DNA of 64,000 nucleotides from a bacterium (GTDB lineage: Bacteria; JAGOBX01). The DNA lies in contig DAINAU010000001.1 in NCBI GenBank assembly GCA_036733285.1, positions 18,954 through 82,953 on the forward strand, given 5' to 3'. Below the pieces are notes generated by a model, which made no database searches, was not told the origin of the DNA, and was given only the letters and a program-made list of their open reading frames with translations. Shown piece by piece: positions 27,210 through 37,132 of the stretch. Position numbers and translations under genes: made by a program. The stretch's first letter is position 1, and every line of letters starts with the position of its first letter.

Positions 27210-28505
27210 TTATTTTTTTCCGAGAAGTCTGAACATATTTTTTTTATAAGCTTCCACCCCGGGCTGGTCGAAGGGATTAACGTTCAGCAAATAACCGCTC
27301 AACGCGCACGCGCGCTCAAAGAAATATAATAATTGCCCGATATAATACTCGTTAAGCTGCGGCATACTTATTTTCAGATTCGGAACTTTTCCGGAAATAT
27401 GAGCTTCGATAGTTCCCTGCATTGCCTTTGAATTAACAAAATCAGTTTGTTTGCCCGCGATATAATTTAATTCGTCAAGGTCTTCATTTTCTTTTGGAAT
27501 AGGACAATTTACGTTCGCGTTTTCAATTTCCAGAACGGTTTCAAAAATATTTCTGACTCCGTCCTGAATCCATTGGCCCATTGAATGAAGGTCGGTTGTA
27601 AAATCGCATGACGCCGGAAATAGAGCTTTTCCGTTTTTCCCTTCGCTCTCTCCGTATAATTGTTTCCACCATTCTGAAATGTAATGAAGTTCCGGATTGT
27701 AATTGACAAGCAATTCTATATTTTTATTGTATTTTGAATACATAAGAAATCTTACAGCGGCGTATTGCATGGCTATGTTATTTTCTATTTTAAGATTTGT
27801 ATCAAGGATTTTTTTCATATCGCGGCTGCCCTGAATCAATTTTCTTATATCTATGCCTGCCGCCGCTATCGGCAGTAAGCCCACCGGAGTTAAAACTGAA
27901 AATCTTCCGCCTACGTCTTCGGGTATTACGAAAGACTGCCAACCTGCGGAATCCGCCATTTTTCTTAAAGCTCCTTTTGATTTGTCCGTTGTGGCAATGA
28001 TATGATTTTTAGAATTTTTTTTATATTTTTTCTCAAGAAGATTTTTTATAAATCTGAACGCTATCGCCGGCTCGGTTGTAGTTCCGGATTTTGATATTAC
28101 GTTCGCATAAATCTGTTTTTTTGATTCCAGTATTGTTAATAATTCAGTTAAATATCTGCCCGAAATATTATTGCCCGCAAAAAATATCTGCGGCTTTAAT
28201 TTCAATATGTTAAATGTTCCCGCTATCGCTTCAATTACCGCTTTCGCGCCAAGATAAGAACCTCCAATGCCTATCGATACAAACGCGTCGCCGTTTTTAC
28301 GTATTTTCGCCGCCAATGATTCTATTGAATCCAAATCTTTTTTTGTAACAGTATCGGGCAAATCCGTCCATCCGAGAAATTCCGAACCCGCGCCGGTTTT
28401 GGTCTTGACGGATTTTTCGATTTTAACGAGTTGTCCTGAAATTTTTTTTAAATCTCCGCTCTTTGCCAACAATGAATTTGAATAATCGAATTTTATTGAT
28501 TTCAT
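27210..28505 (-). CDS. pgi: Glucose-6-phosphate isomerase.
   Basis: The start is the internal ATG at 28505 (MKSIKFDYSN, GGAGG 8 nt upstream). GGRFSVLTPVGLLPIAAAGIDI and GESEGK motifs are present. Confidence 0.88.
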   Translation of the reverse strand: MKSIKFDYSNSLLAKSGDLKKISGQLVKIEKSVKTKTGAGSEFLGWTDLPDTVTKKDLDSIESLAAKIRKNGDAFVSIGIGGSYLGAKAVIEAIAGTFNILKLKPQIFFAGNNISGRYLTELLTILESKKQIYANVISKSGTTTEPAIAFRFIKNLLEKKYKKNSKNHIIATTDKSKGALRKMADSAGWQSFVIPEDVGGRFSVLTPVGLLPIAAAGIDIRKLIQGSRDMKKILDTNLKIENNIAMQYAAVRFLMYSKYNKNIELLVNYNPELHYISEWWKQLYGESEGKNGKALFPASCDFTTDLHSMGQWIQDGVRNIFETVLEIENANVNCPIPKENEDLDELNYIAGKQTDFVNSKAMQGTIEAHISGKVPNLKISMPQLNEYYIGQLLYFFERACALSGYLLNVNPFDQPGVEAYKKNMFRLLGKK

Positions 28506-28608
28506 TATTTTTACCTCCAAAGCGTTTTTTATATGCAATCCTGATTTCAGAAAAAAATAATTTTTTAGTAAAAACTATATTTCCTTTTCCGAAAAAATCC
28601 GGCTTAAG

Positions 28609-29247
28609 TTATTCTTCCTGAATATAAAAATGCGGAATAATGCCTTTTGATTCGAGACGTCTCGCTTCATAAACCGCATCGCGTCTTAATTTGAATTTAC
28701 CTATTCTTACTTTATACATATTGCCTGATTTTACAGCGTAAGCGTCGCAACCGCGGGTTTTTAAAATATCCCGGAAAGATTCCGCTTCTTTTGAAGTTTT
28801 ATACGAATAAACTTCAATTAAATAAGTTTTATTTTTTTTTGATGGTTTTGTTTTGAGATTATTTTTTTTCCCCGCCGGTTGTTTATTGTTTGGGTTTGCG
28901 GCGGCGTCAACATTTTTTGGAGGTTCTTCGGTTTTAGCGCCGCTTTTATTCTCGGCGTTTTCCGCGGCGGTTTGAGAATCGTTTCCCTTATTTGCGGCGG
29001 TCTGCTGTTTTCCTGAATCGGCAATTTGAAACGTTCCGTTTAATATCGATGTGTCCGGCTGCGTAATTTTATAAAGAACATTACTCTGATTTTCAACTCG
29101 CGAGTTTTTGAAAGATACGGTTTTTCCGGTAAAATATCCGGCGCCGAAAACAACCGCTAATATCGCCAAACATATAAAAATTATTATCTTTACGGCTTTT
29201 TGTTCAATATTTAAAATATATTTTTTTCCGCCGGAATCGTTTTTCAT
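28609..29247 (-). CDS. SPOR-domain membrane protein (cell-division-associated peptidoglycan binding).
   Basis: One TM helix, a low-complexity Lys/Asn/Pro-rich linker, and a C-terminal SPOR-like fold (YLIEVYSYKTSKEAESFRDILK...YKVRIGKF). Confidence 0.6.
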   Translation of the reverse strand: MKNDSGGKKYILNIEQKAVKIIIFICLAILAVVFGAGYFTGKTVSFKNSRVENQSNVLYKITQPDTSILNGTFQIADSGKQQTAANKGNDSQTAAENAENKSGAKTEEPPKNVDAAANPNNKQPAGKKNNLKTKPSKKNKTYLIEVYSYKTSKEAESFRDILKTRGCDAYAVKSGNMYKVRIGKFKLRRDAVYEARRLESKGIIPHFYIQEE

Positions 29248-29873
29248 TTATACAAATCCCCCGATTTTATATTTTCTTTATCATCATATATTTTTTTTAT
29301 GATATTGTCAATTTGTTTATGCAAATAAAGAAAATTTTTTTTATTATAAACCGTAAAATCCGAACGCTCGATTTTGTATTTCATCGGCAATTGCGAATTG
29401 ATTCGTTTCAACGCCTCGCTTTTTGAAAGATTGTTTCGTTTCATAAGTCTTTTTAACTGCAAGTATTTTGGACAGACGACTGTTATTATCATATCGGTTT
29501 CAGATTCAAGTCCGGTTTCAAATAATAATGGAATATCAATAAATATAATCGGATTATTCTTCAACGCTTTAATCTTTAAATTGATTTCTTTAATGATATG
29601 CGGATGCGTTATAGAATTTAATTTTTGCAATTTGCTTTTGTCGCTAAAAACAATAGCTCCCAATTGTTTTCTGTCAACGGTTCCGTTTTTTGAGGTTAGT
29701 TTAAATGCGGTCATTATTTTACGGTTTAACGCTTGGCGCGTATTCAATAAATGATGATATATCGCGTCGGAACAAATTACGGGAAAATTTTTCTTTCGCA
29801 AATATTCAAGCGTCTCGGATTTGCCTGAAGCTATGCCTCCGGTAATTCCTATTCTCAATGGTTTGACTTTCAT
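29244..29873 (-). CDS. coaE: Dephospho-CoA kinase.
   Basis: IGITGGIASGKSE P-loop and a 209-aa CoaE-like layout. Confidence 0.85.
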   Translation of the reverse strand: MKVKPLRIGITGGIASGKSETLEYLRKKNFPVICSDAIYHHLLNTRQALNRKIMTAFKLTSKNGTVDRKQLGAIVFSDKSKLQKLNSITHPHIIKEINLKIKALKNNPIIFIDIPLLFETGLESETDMIITVVCPKYLQLKRLMKRNNLSKSEALKRINSQLPMKYKIERSDFTVYNKKNFLYLHKQIDNIIKKIYDDKENIKSGDLYK

Positions 29874-31927
29874 ATTTCGATTTCTATAACAAATGGTTCT
29901 TTTCCTATTCCGAACACGCCGCTTTTCCCTTTTTTTATGACGCTATATTTTAATTTTGATTTTTCAACTTTATATTTCTGATATGCTTTTTTAACGCAAT
30001 CATCAAGCGTATCGCCAGAAATTTTTATTTTCTTCGATTCGTTGATTTCAGTTAAAACCGCATTGCGTTTAACAGGCAGCAGTTTGGATATTAATTCTAT
30101 TTTATCCTCTCCTTCTTTTAATTGCGCGGCGAATATTCTGCATTTGGTTTTTGATTCGCATAGTTTTTCGACAGCGCATTTTTCTTCTCCCGAATCAAGA
30201 AATCTCATAGCCGTTTCTACAGCTTTTTTTTCAATGCTTCCTTCAATAATTATTGATTTTCTGATATTTAACGGATCGATTTGCTCGCTTGTCGCCGAAC
30301 TTGTTTTTATATTCGCCGACGTTTCTCCGGTTATTTTTCCGGAACTGAATCTTGATACGGTTATTCCTGATTTTGTATAAATTACTGAAACGTCGGTCAG
30401 TTCTTCATTGATTTCTTTTGGCAAACCGTTGAACTTAATCATAACTTTAGGCGATATTTTTTTTCTCGCAGAAACTCTCATAGTTCCGGCGTCAGCCGAT
30501 TTGAACTTATCGAGTTCTTCAATCTTACCGTTTATGTAATCTATATTTTTTTCAAGTTTTATCCTGAACTGAATACAATTCTTGATTTTTAAATCAAGTT
30601 CTTTTGAGGTGTCGCCAATATCTCTTTTTTCCGTAAGTTCTTTAAACGTCTGATTTATTTTTTTCAGTTCGCGGTCGGCTTCGTTTTTTGAATTGATTAA
30701 TTTTGATTTTTCGATGTTCTCTTTTGAAACTGTTTTCAATGAAATTTCAGTCTGCGTTTCTCCGTCTCCGATTATTCCGCATACCACGCTTTTCCCTGAT
30801 TCTATCAATCCGCCGCAAATTAGTTGTTTGTTTCCGTCGAGTATTATATCGCCCGTTGCGGAAATGGAACTTGAAATTATTTCTTCCGAAACAAGTATAT
30901 TGGATTCCGAGGTCAGTTTGGAATTATATATTCCCGAAGTTATAATATTTCCGGTTACTATAAACGGTTTGGAATCGCAATTTGAAATTTTTCCGGAAAC
31001 GTATAAATCGCCTTTCACGCTCACTCCGGTATTTACAAGATCTCCAATTATATATAAATCTTTCCCGGTCTTTAAATATCCGCAGTTTGAAACCGAACCG
31101 TTCACAATCAACGAGTTTTCGCATATAATATCTTTCGGATAATTTGACACGGATTTATCTATGCTTTGAATTGCGGAAACTTCCAATTTTTCATCAATCC
31201 ATCTTACCCTTCCGTTAATCTTTGAAAAATAAGAATTACGGTTTTTGGATATTAAAATATTTTCTCCGGGTTCCAAACTTTTAAATTGCTTGCTTTTCAA
31301 TACGGGCAGCAAAGTAGCGGAGATTATTTGTCCGGGTATTACTCTTCTGTAATAATATAAGTTCGATAATATTTCCGACGAATTAGCGTCAAATAAAAAA
31401 CGGTCAAAACAATAAAAATTTAATTTGTCAATGTTTCTTAACTGATTTATTATTTTTTCGGCTTCAGCGGGATTTAACCCTACAAACGAATCGTCTATTG
31501 TTTCGCTTGATTTTACTTCGGAAGATTTTATATCTTTAAGAACCCCCGACAATTGACTGTCGAACTCTTCGTCAATAACATAAAGATATTTTGATAAAGT
31601 AAGTTTTTTAGTTGATTCGTCGTAGCCGATTTTTCCGATGTGTTTTTTTAAAACCGCAAATTGCTCTTTTTTGGTTTTTAGATATTCGGGCGGAATATTC
31701 GATAATTCCACGATTACGGTCGTATTGTCGATTTTACAAACGCCCGGAACCTGAGTTTTATCGTCGATTATATCGTAAAGAATATTATCCGTAAAATAAT
31801 ATAATCCGGCTACAAGTTCGGATATGTCGCCCGCTTGACTGGCGTTCTTTATATTTTTTACCGCATACGCCGTGATCTGTTCAATAAACGAATAATCGAG
31901 TTCAGCCGAAAATCTGATTTCATTCAT
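29870..31927 (-). CDS. FapA/DUF342-family protein (beta-solenoid repeats plus coiled coil).
   Basis: Repetitive GD/GN-rich beta-helix segment (GDLYIIGDLVNTGVSVKGDLYVSGKISN...ATGDIILDG), then a coiled coil and a C-terminal small domain. Confidence 0.45.
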   Translation of the reverse strand: MNEIRFSAELDYSFIEQITAYAVKNIKNASQAGDISELVAGLYYFTDNILYDIIDDKTQVPGVCKIDNTTVIVELSNIPPEYLKTKKEQFAVLKKHIGKIGYDESTKKLTLSKYLYVIDEEFDSQLSGVLKDIKSSEVKSSETIDDSFVGLNPAEAEKIINQLRNIDKLNFYCFDRFLFDANSSEILSNLYYYRRVIPGQIISATLLPVLKSKQFKSLEPGENILISKNRNSYFSKINGRVRWIDEKLEVSAIQSIDKSVSNYPKDIICENSLIVNGSVSNCGYLKTGKDLYIIGDLVNTGVSVKGDLYVSGKISNCDSKPFIVTGNIITSGIYNSKLTSESNILVSEEIISSSISATGDIILDGNKQLICGGLIESGKSVVCGIIGDGETQTEISLKTVSKENIEKSKLINSKNEADRELKKINQTFKELTEKRDIGDTSKELDLKIKNCIQFRIKLEKNIDYINGKIEELDKFKSADAGTMRVSARKKISPKVMIKFNGLPKEINEELTDVSVIYTKSGITVSRFSSGKITGETSANIKTSSATSEQIDPLNIRKSIIIEGSIEKKAVETAMRFLDSGEEKCAVEKLCESKTKCRIFAAQLKEGEDKIELISKLLPVKRNAVLTEINESKKIKISGDTLDDCVKKAYQKYKVEKSKLKYSVIKKGKSGVFGIGKEPFVIEIEI

Positions 31928-31954
31928 TTTGATGATTTATCCCGAATTTCAAAG

Positions 31955-33013
31955 TTATTCAGCGGCGACTTCGTCTTTAGCGTTTAAATCGAAATTCTGA
32001 AAAATTTTATTTTTTATTTCTTCAAGCAATTCCGGATTTTCAGCAAGCGTCTGTTTTGCCATTTCTTTTCCCTGTCCGAGTTTGGTTTCATTATATGAAA
32101 ACCACGCGCCGCTTTTATTTATGATTTTTAAATCTATCGCCGAGTCCACTATGCATCCAATTTTTGAAATTCCTTCAGAATATATTAAATCAAACTCCGC
32201 GCTTTTAAACGGCGACGCCATCTTGTTTTTCACAATTTTAACGCGCGATTTTATTCCTATCATTTCGTCGCCTTTTTTCAAGGTTTCGGCTTTTCTTATT
32301 TCCATACGCATTGAAGCGTAAAATTTTAATGCGTTGCCGCCAGTGGTTGTTTCCGGATTTCCATACATTACTCCGATTTTCATTCTGACCTGATTGATGA
32401 ATATCATTGTCGTATTCGATTTGCTTAAAACGCCGGTTAATTTTCTGAGCGCTTGAGACATTAAACGGGCTTGAAGTCCCATATGCGAATCGCCCATTTC
32501 CCCTTCAATCTCCGCCCTCGGAGTTAACGCCGCAACCGAATCCACAACTATAACGTCGAGCGCGCCCGACCTTACAAGTTGTTCCGCTATTTCAAGCGCC
32601 TGCTCTCCGTCGTCCGGCTGCGAGATATATAAATCAGAAGTGTTCACGCCAAGCAATTCCGCGTATGTCGGATCAAACGCGTGTTCTGCGTCTATAAACG
32701 CGGCTATGCCTCCCTGTTTCTGAGCTTCGGCTATTATGCTTAAAGTTAATGTCGTTTTTCCGGAGGATTCCGGTCCGTAGATTTCTATTATTCTGCCGCG
32801 CGGAACTCCGCCTATTCCCGTAGCTACGTCAAGCGTTAGTATTCCGCTTGGTATAACGGGCAATTTCTGATGCTCTGAATCGCCAAGTTTCATTATTGCG
32901 CCTTTGCCGTATTTCTTTTCTATCCCTGAAATCGCGCTGTCCAGCACCTTTAATTTATCTTTGTTTGAATCTGCCGCTGGTTTTGTCTCTTGTTCCGGTT
33001 TTGCTTTTGCCAT
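31955..33013 (-). CDS. recA: Recombinase A.
   Basis: [13 protein letters not shown] Walker [27 protein letters not shown]. The 352-aa product has an AGGAGA RBS. Confidence 0.97.
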   Translation of the reverse strand: MAKAKPEQETKPAADSNKDKLKVLDSAISGIEKKYGKGAIMKLGDSEHQKLPVIPSGILTLDVATGIGGVPRGRIIEIYGPESSGKTTLTLSIIAEAQKQGGIAAFIDAEHAFDPTYAELLGVNTSDLYISQPDDGEQALEIAEQLVRSGALDVIVVDSVAALTPRAEIEGEMGDSHMGLQARLMSQALRKLTGVLSKSNTTMIFINQVRMKIGVMYGNPETTTGGNALKFYASMRMEIRKAETLKKGDEMIGIKSRVKIVKNKMASPFKSAEFDLIYSEGISKIGCIVDSAIDLKIINKSGAWFSYNETKLGQGKEMAKQTLAENPELLEEIKNKIFQNFDLNAKDEVAAE

Positions 33014-33325
33014 TTTTTTGTCTCCTGTTTTTTTATTTTTTTTACGCGAAAATAATCTTTCCGATTTTTCCGCTCCTTTATTTTTAATACAATTTTATGA
33101 ATAAATATATTTTAAATCTTTTATATGAAAAATGCAATAAACTTTTTAACGTTTAATTTTTGTGAGGTCGAGTTCACAAAAATGGAAAACCCGACTTCGA
33201 ACAACAAATAACAAAATTAATAAAAAATTAAAAATCTGCGCAAATCTGTTAAATCTGTAATCAATCAGTGTTAAAAAAAATCTTAACACATATGTAGACT
33301 GATTAAACTGATTTAACGGATGCGG

Positions 33326-34306
33326 TTATTTTATATTTTCAATTAATTCTTTAAAAATAACGCTATTAACGACATATTTGGAAGTATTATTCGGCTCCTT
33401 AACATCGGAATAAATCGCTTCCCAATGTCTGCCGGTTCTAATTTCCGAATAAGTATCATAAATAATAACATATAATATTTTTTCAATATTAAATTTTTTC
33501 TTTAATAAATTTTCATCGGCAGTTTCTTTTAACATAAAAATTCTTTTAGCGTCTATTGCTTGGTTATCCTGCCCGCCGCCAGCCATATTCTGTTCTTTAT
33601 GCGCGCCAATAATTAATGTATTTTTAATTTTACATATTACATCGGGATATTTTAATTCGGTAACGCCCAAAATATTAAGTATTCCGTCAATTTTTTTTAC
33701 TTCTTTTTCGTCAATAAGCCAATCCCCGCTATTTGATATTTCTTTTTGTAATAAAAGTTTTTTGGAAAGCAAATCAAAAACAATTTTATCAAACATTCCC
33801 TTTCTTCGAGTAGGCGATTTAAGAATATATTTTGATTCTAAATTACTTAACATTATAGCAAAAAAATGATAATCAATATTTTTTATTATTTCAAATAATT
33901 GTAATGATTTTAACTGGGTTAATAATAATTCTTCATCTTTAAGCAATGAGTCTATTTGATTTAAACCTGAAATATTTAAAAGTAACCAACAAAATGATTC
34001 GATACCATTAACATTATTTCTTTTTTCTTTTATTTCTTTTAAAACAAGTTTTATATTTTCAATTGCAATATTTAATATTTTCTCGTCAATATTATCAATT
34101 GATAATTCATCTTTTTTTTTCAAATCATATAAATAAACGATATAATTTTTTATTTTATTTATTGCGTTTTTGTATTCTTCGCTGTAACGAAATTCAAATC
34201 CCATATCTTTAAAAATTTCTTGATAAACTGGATTTAGAAAAGCAATATTATTTATTCTATATTGTTTATTATTAAATTTATCAAAACATTCTTGCGGCAG
34301 TAGCAT
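33326..34306 (-). CDS. Hypothetical protein. Candidate restriction endonuclease of the two-MTase R-M module.
   Basis: The 326-aa product has no motif I recognise. It lies 10 bp downstream of, and in the same orientation as, two DNA MTase genes. Confidence 0.3.
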   Translation of the reverse strand: MLLPQECFDKFNNKQYRINNIAFLNPVYQEIFKDMGFEFRYSEEYKNAINKIKNYIVYLYDLKKKDELSIDNIDEKILNIAIENIKLVLKEIKEKRNNVNGIESFCWLLLNISGLNQIDSLLKDEELLLTQLKSLQLFEIIKNIDYHFFAIMLSNLESKYILKSPTRRKGMFDKIVFDLLSKKLLLQKEISNSGDWLIDEKEVKKIDGILNILGVTELKYPDVICKIKNTLIIGAHKEQNMAGGGQDNQAIDAKRIFMLKETADENLLKKKFNIEKILYVIIYDTYSEIRTGRHWEAIYSDVKEPNNTSKYVVNSVIFKELIENIK

Positions 34307-34316
34307 AAGGACACCT

Positions 34317-35768
34317 CTAATTAAAACTTAACTCTAATTGATTTGATTTTTCACCAATACAGTTTGTATTTAAAAAGTCTAAAACTTTATTTGCATTTTT
34401 TTCTGTTATTAGTTTAGAAAATCGAACTTTCATTTTTGGGGATAATTTTATCGGATATGTTTCTAATATTTTTTTAGCCTGCGTTAATCCTAAATATTTT
34501 CTCACATATTCGCTATTAGAATATTTATATGAAGTCATAAATTCACTGTCCGTAATTTCACGAAGATATTCTAAAATCAAATTAAAATAATCTTTAATTA
34601 TTTTTTGCTCGTCGATTAAAATATTTTCTTCAAAAAATATCTGAATTGGGTGAGTTCTAAATTTGCTTTTAGTTACTAAAATTCCATCGCAATCAAAAAT
34701 CTGTTTTGTAATATACAATCCAGCGCGTCCATCTTGAGAACCGGTATCGACAGTTCTAATAAATAAAATATTATTTTTGATTGTATTATAAATCAAATCA
34801 TTTACTTTTCTTTCTGTCTTTACATATTGTCCATTTTCAAATTTATTAGCGTCTAATAAATCAATAATTTTATTGCCGTTTATTATTGTTTTTTCTTCAA
34901 GATAAAACGAAAATTTAATTTTTTCGTTTTGAGTATATAAATCTAAAAAATCTGACAGTTCGTTACCTGCCCTATATGAATTTTTATATTTTAAAATATA
35001 TTTCTTTTCTACAGTTTTACAGTTAATTTTAACGCCATTAAAAATAATATCTTTTTTGTTTGTTTCATTTTTTCGTGTAAAATTACAAACCACAACATTT
35101 GTTCCAGTAAATTCAAAAATTTCTTTTTCAAATATTATTGCTTTATTCATAGTATAATACTGAAAGAAATCTTTCCGTATTTTATTTGAAACAGATGCGC
35201 CAAATAAAAAATTTGATGGAATTATATAAATCATTTTATATATTTTATTCCTTAAATCATTAATTAAAGCCAATTGATATAAATCTTGATATCCTTCATT
35301 AGATTTATCATTAAAATATTCAAAATTGGTTTTGAATCTTTCTTTGTTTTTTACAATATATCCTAAATATAAATATGGTGGATTTGTTATATGAAAAACC
35401 GGCTTCTGGAATTTTTTTAAAAATTTAATTGGATAATTTTTGATAGTATCATTTAAAAAAATATTTTTTTTTGCAATATCTTCCGGTATTCCTTTCGCCA
35501 TAGTATTTAATAATAGTTTATCAAAATTTTCTTTTTGAATTTCAAACATATAAATATTGTTTTTGAAAAATTCTATTTTTTTTTCAGGTTCTATATAATC
35601 TAAAATTGGCAGTATGAGATTTCCTTCTCCGGCATAAAGATCAATCCATACATACTCATTTATATTATCTTTTATCCAAGGAAAAATATATTCTTTAAAT
35701 AATTCAATTGGAGTAAAGTGTTCTCCATAAAATCGTTTGGTTTCTTTATTATTTAAAATTTCGTTCAT
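34317..35768 (-). CDS. Gamma-class N6-adenine DNA methyltransferase with a C-terminal recognition region.
   Basis: GEHFTP (motif X), IDLYAGEGNL (motif I) and HITNPPYL (motif IV). The 483-aa product overlaps the upstream MTase stop as ATGA. Confidence 0.75.
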   Translation of the reverse strand: MNEILNNKETKRFYGEHFTPIELFKEYIFPWIKDNINEYVWIDLYAGEGNLILPILDYIEPEKKIEFFKNNIYMFEIQKENFDKLLLNTMAKGIPEDIAKKNIFLNDTIKNYPIKFLKKFQKPVFHITNPPYLYLGYIVKNKERFKTNFEYFNDKSNEGYQDLYQLALINDLRNKIYKMIYIIPSNFLFGASVSNKIRKDFFQYYTMNKAIIFEKEIFEFTGTNVVVCNFTRKNETNKKDIIFNGVKINCKTVEKKYILKYKNSYRAGNELSDFLDLYTQNEKIKFSFYLEEKTIINGNKIIDLLDANKFENGQYVKTERKVNDLIYNTIKNNILFIRTVDTGSQDGRAGLYITKQIFDCDGILVTKSKFRTHPIQIFFEENILIDEQKIIKDYFNLILEYLREITDSEFMTSYKYSNSEYVRKYLGLTQAKKILETYPIKLSPKMKVRFSKLITEKNANKVLDFLNTNCIGEKSNQLELSFN

Positions 35769-36454
35769 TTTATTTCTTTTAAGCGTATTTTCGTTATTTT
35801 ACAAAAATCTGAATCAATTTCAATCCCGATATACTTTCTGTTTAATTTTTTACAAGCGACAAGCGTTGTTCCGACTCCGGCAAAACAATCCAATACATTA
35901 TTGTTTTCTTGTGAAGCAATTTGTATGATATTTTCAATTAATTTAATTGGTTTTTGAGTAATATGCTGTTTCTTATCTTTTTTAAAATTTGATTGCGGTT
36001 GCGCAAATTCCCAAACATCGTTATATAATAATTTTTCTGAATTATTTTGTTCCCAAATGTTTAATTTGTTTTTTCCTTTTGCAAACATCAACAATCCTTC
36101 CCAATTATTTCTTAATCTGTCAAAAGGAGTAAATTTGTAATAATTTTTTTTATACCATACAATAAAATTTTTGTAGGCAAAACAATTTTTTTCTCCAATA
36201 TCTATGATATAACTGCTTAGTCTTACATCGCAAAAGCAAAAAAAAAATCCTTTATGAATTTTTTCTGAAAGTATAGCAAAGATATCAGATAACCAATTAA
36301 TATAATCATTTAGTGTTTTCCATTGATTATCCCATTTTATTGATTTTAGGTTGTTATAATACGGTGGATCAATTATAATTAAGTCAATAGAATTATCGTC
36401 AATTTTTTTTAACAATTTCTGGCAATCGCCGCAATACAAAATATTTGTTTTCAT
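35765..36454 (-). CDS. Beta-class DNA methyltransferase (N4-cytosine or N6-adenine; the DPPY motif precedes the FxGxG motif).
   Basis: LIIIDPPYY (motif IV) lies N-terminal and LDCFAGVGTTLVA (motif I) lies C-terminal, which is the beta-class permutation. The product is 229 aa. Confidence 0.8.
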   Translation of the reverse strand: MKTNILYCGDCQKLLKKIDDNSIDLIIIDPPYYNNLKSIKWDNQWKTLNDYINWLSDIFAILSEKIHKGFFFCFCDVRLSSYIIDIGEKNCFAYKNFIVWYKKNYYKFTPFDRLRNNWEGLLMFAKGKNKLNIWEQNNSEKLLYNDVWEFAQPQSNFKKDKKQHITQKPIKLIENIIQIASQENNNVLDCFAGVGTTLVACKKLNRKYIGIEIDSDFCKITKIRLKEIK

Positions 36455-36530
36455 ATACTATCAAATTATAAATTTTATTACGATTAAAGAATTCGTTTTA
36501 TACCTGCTTCTCTTTTCAGGATCAATTATT

Positions 36531-37118
36531 TTATTCCGCTTTTTTTGATAAGAATTTTAATCTGCGGAATTTTTTGAATTTAAGATTTTTTTTATATTTA
36601 ATAAACCATCTTTCAATAAGAATTACGCATTTATATGAAACTATCGCGCCAATGATTCCAATAATAAATCCGCCTATTTCAGTTGCCCAGAAAAAACCTT
36701 TTATGCGGTTCCAAAAATGTAAAAAGCCTTCTTGAGTGGTAAAATAATAAAGAGAAAGATTAACCGGGTCTCCGGCAAATTTCACTAAAAATCGCGTTAT
36801 TTCATTATAACTTATCGGATTGACCGGCAAGTCAAATATTTGAAAAAGCTGTTTGCCGAAAATATAAGAAACATAATACCAAAACGGAGTTGTTATGAAA
36901 GGTCCCACTACCCACGCCCCGATAATTGCGGCTAGTATATTGCCGCCGAACAATGGCGCTAAAAATGAAAGCAGCGTATTGAAAGGATAAGAAGGAAATA
37001 TCGCTAAAAAAGTTCCCCACGCGAATCCTCTGGCTATACGCTCCAGTTTATCCTGAATGCGCATTAACTTAATGAATTTTAATTTTATTATCCTTTGCAG
37101 TCGATTAATTGAAATCAT
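36531..37118 (-). CDS. DUF2062-family membrane protein.
   Basis: ARGFAWGTFLAIFPSYPFNTLLSFLAPLFGGN signature. The true start may be the internal Met (MRIQDKLERIARG). Confidence 0.5.
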   Translation of the reverse strand: MISINRLQRIIKLKFIKLMRIQDKLERIARGFAWGTFLAIFPSYPFNTLLSFLAPLFGGNILAAIIGAWVVGPFITTPFWYYVSYIFGKQLFQIFDLPVNPISYNEITRFLVKFAGDPVNLSLYYFTTQEGFLHFWNRIKGFFWATEIGGFIIGIIGAIVSYKCVILIERWFIKYKKNLKFKKFRRLKFLSKKAE

Positions 37119-37132
37119 ATTTGTTTGGAAGT

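Noticed and set aside
27210-28538. The longer pgi start at 28538 (MHIKNALEVKIM...).
   Set aside because: The internal ATG at 28505 has a perfect GGAGG RBS and matches the conserved PGI N-terminus (MKSIKFDYS).
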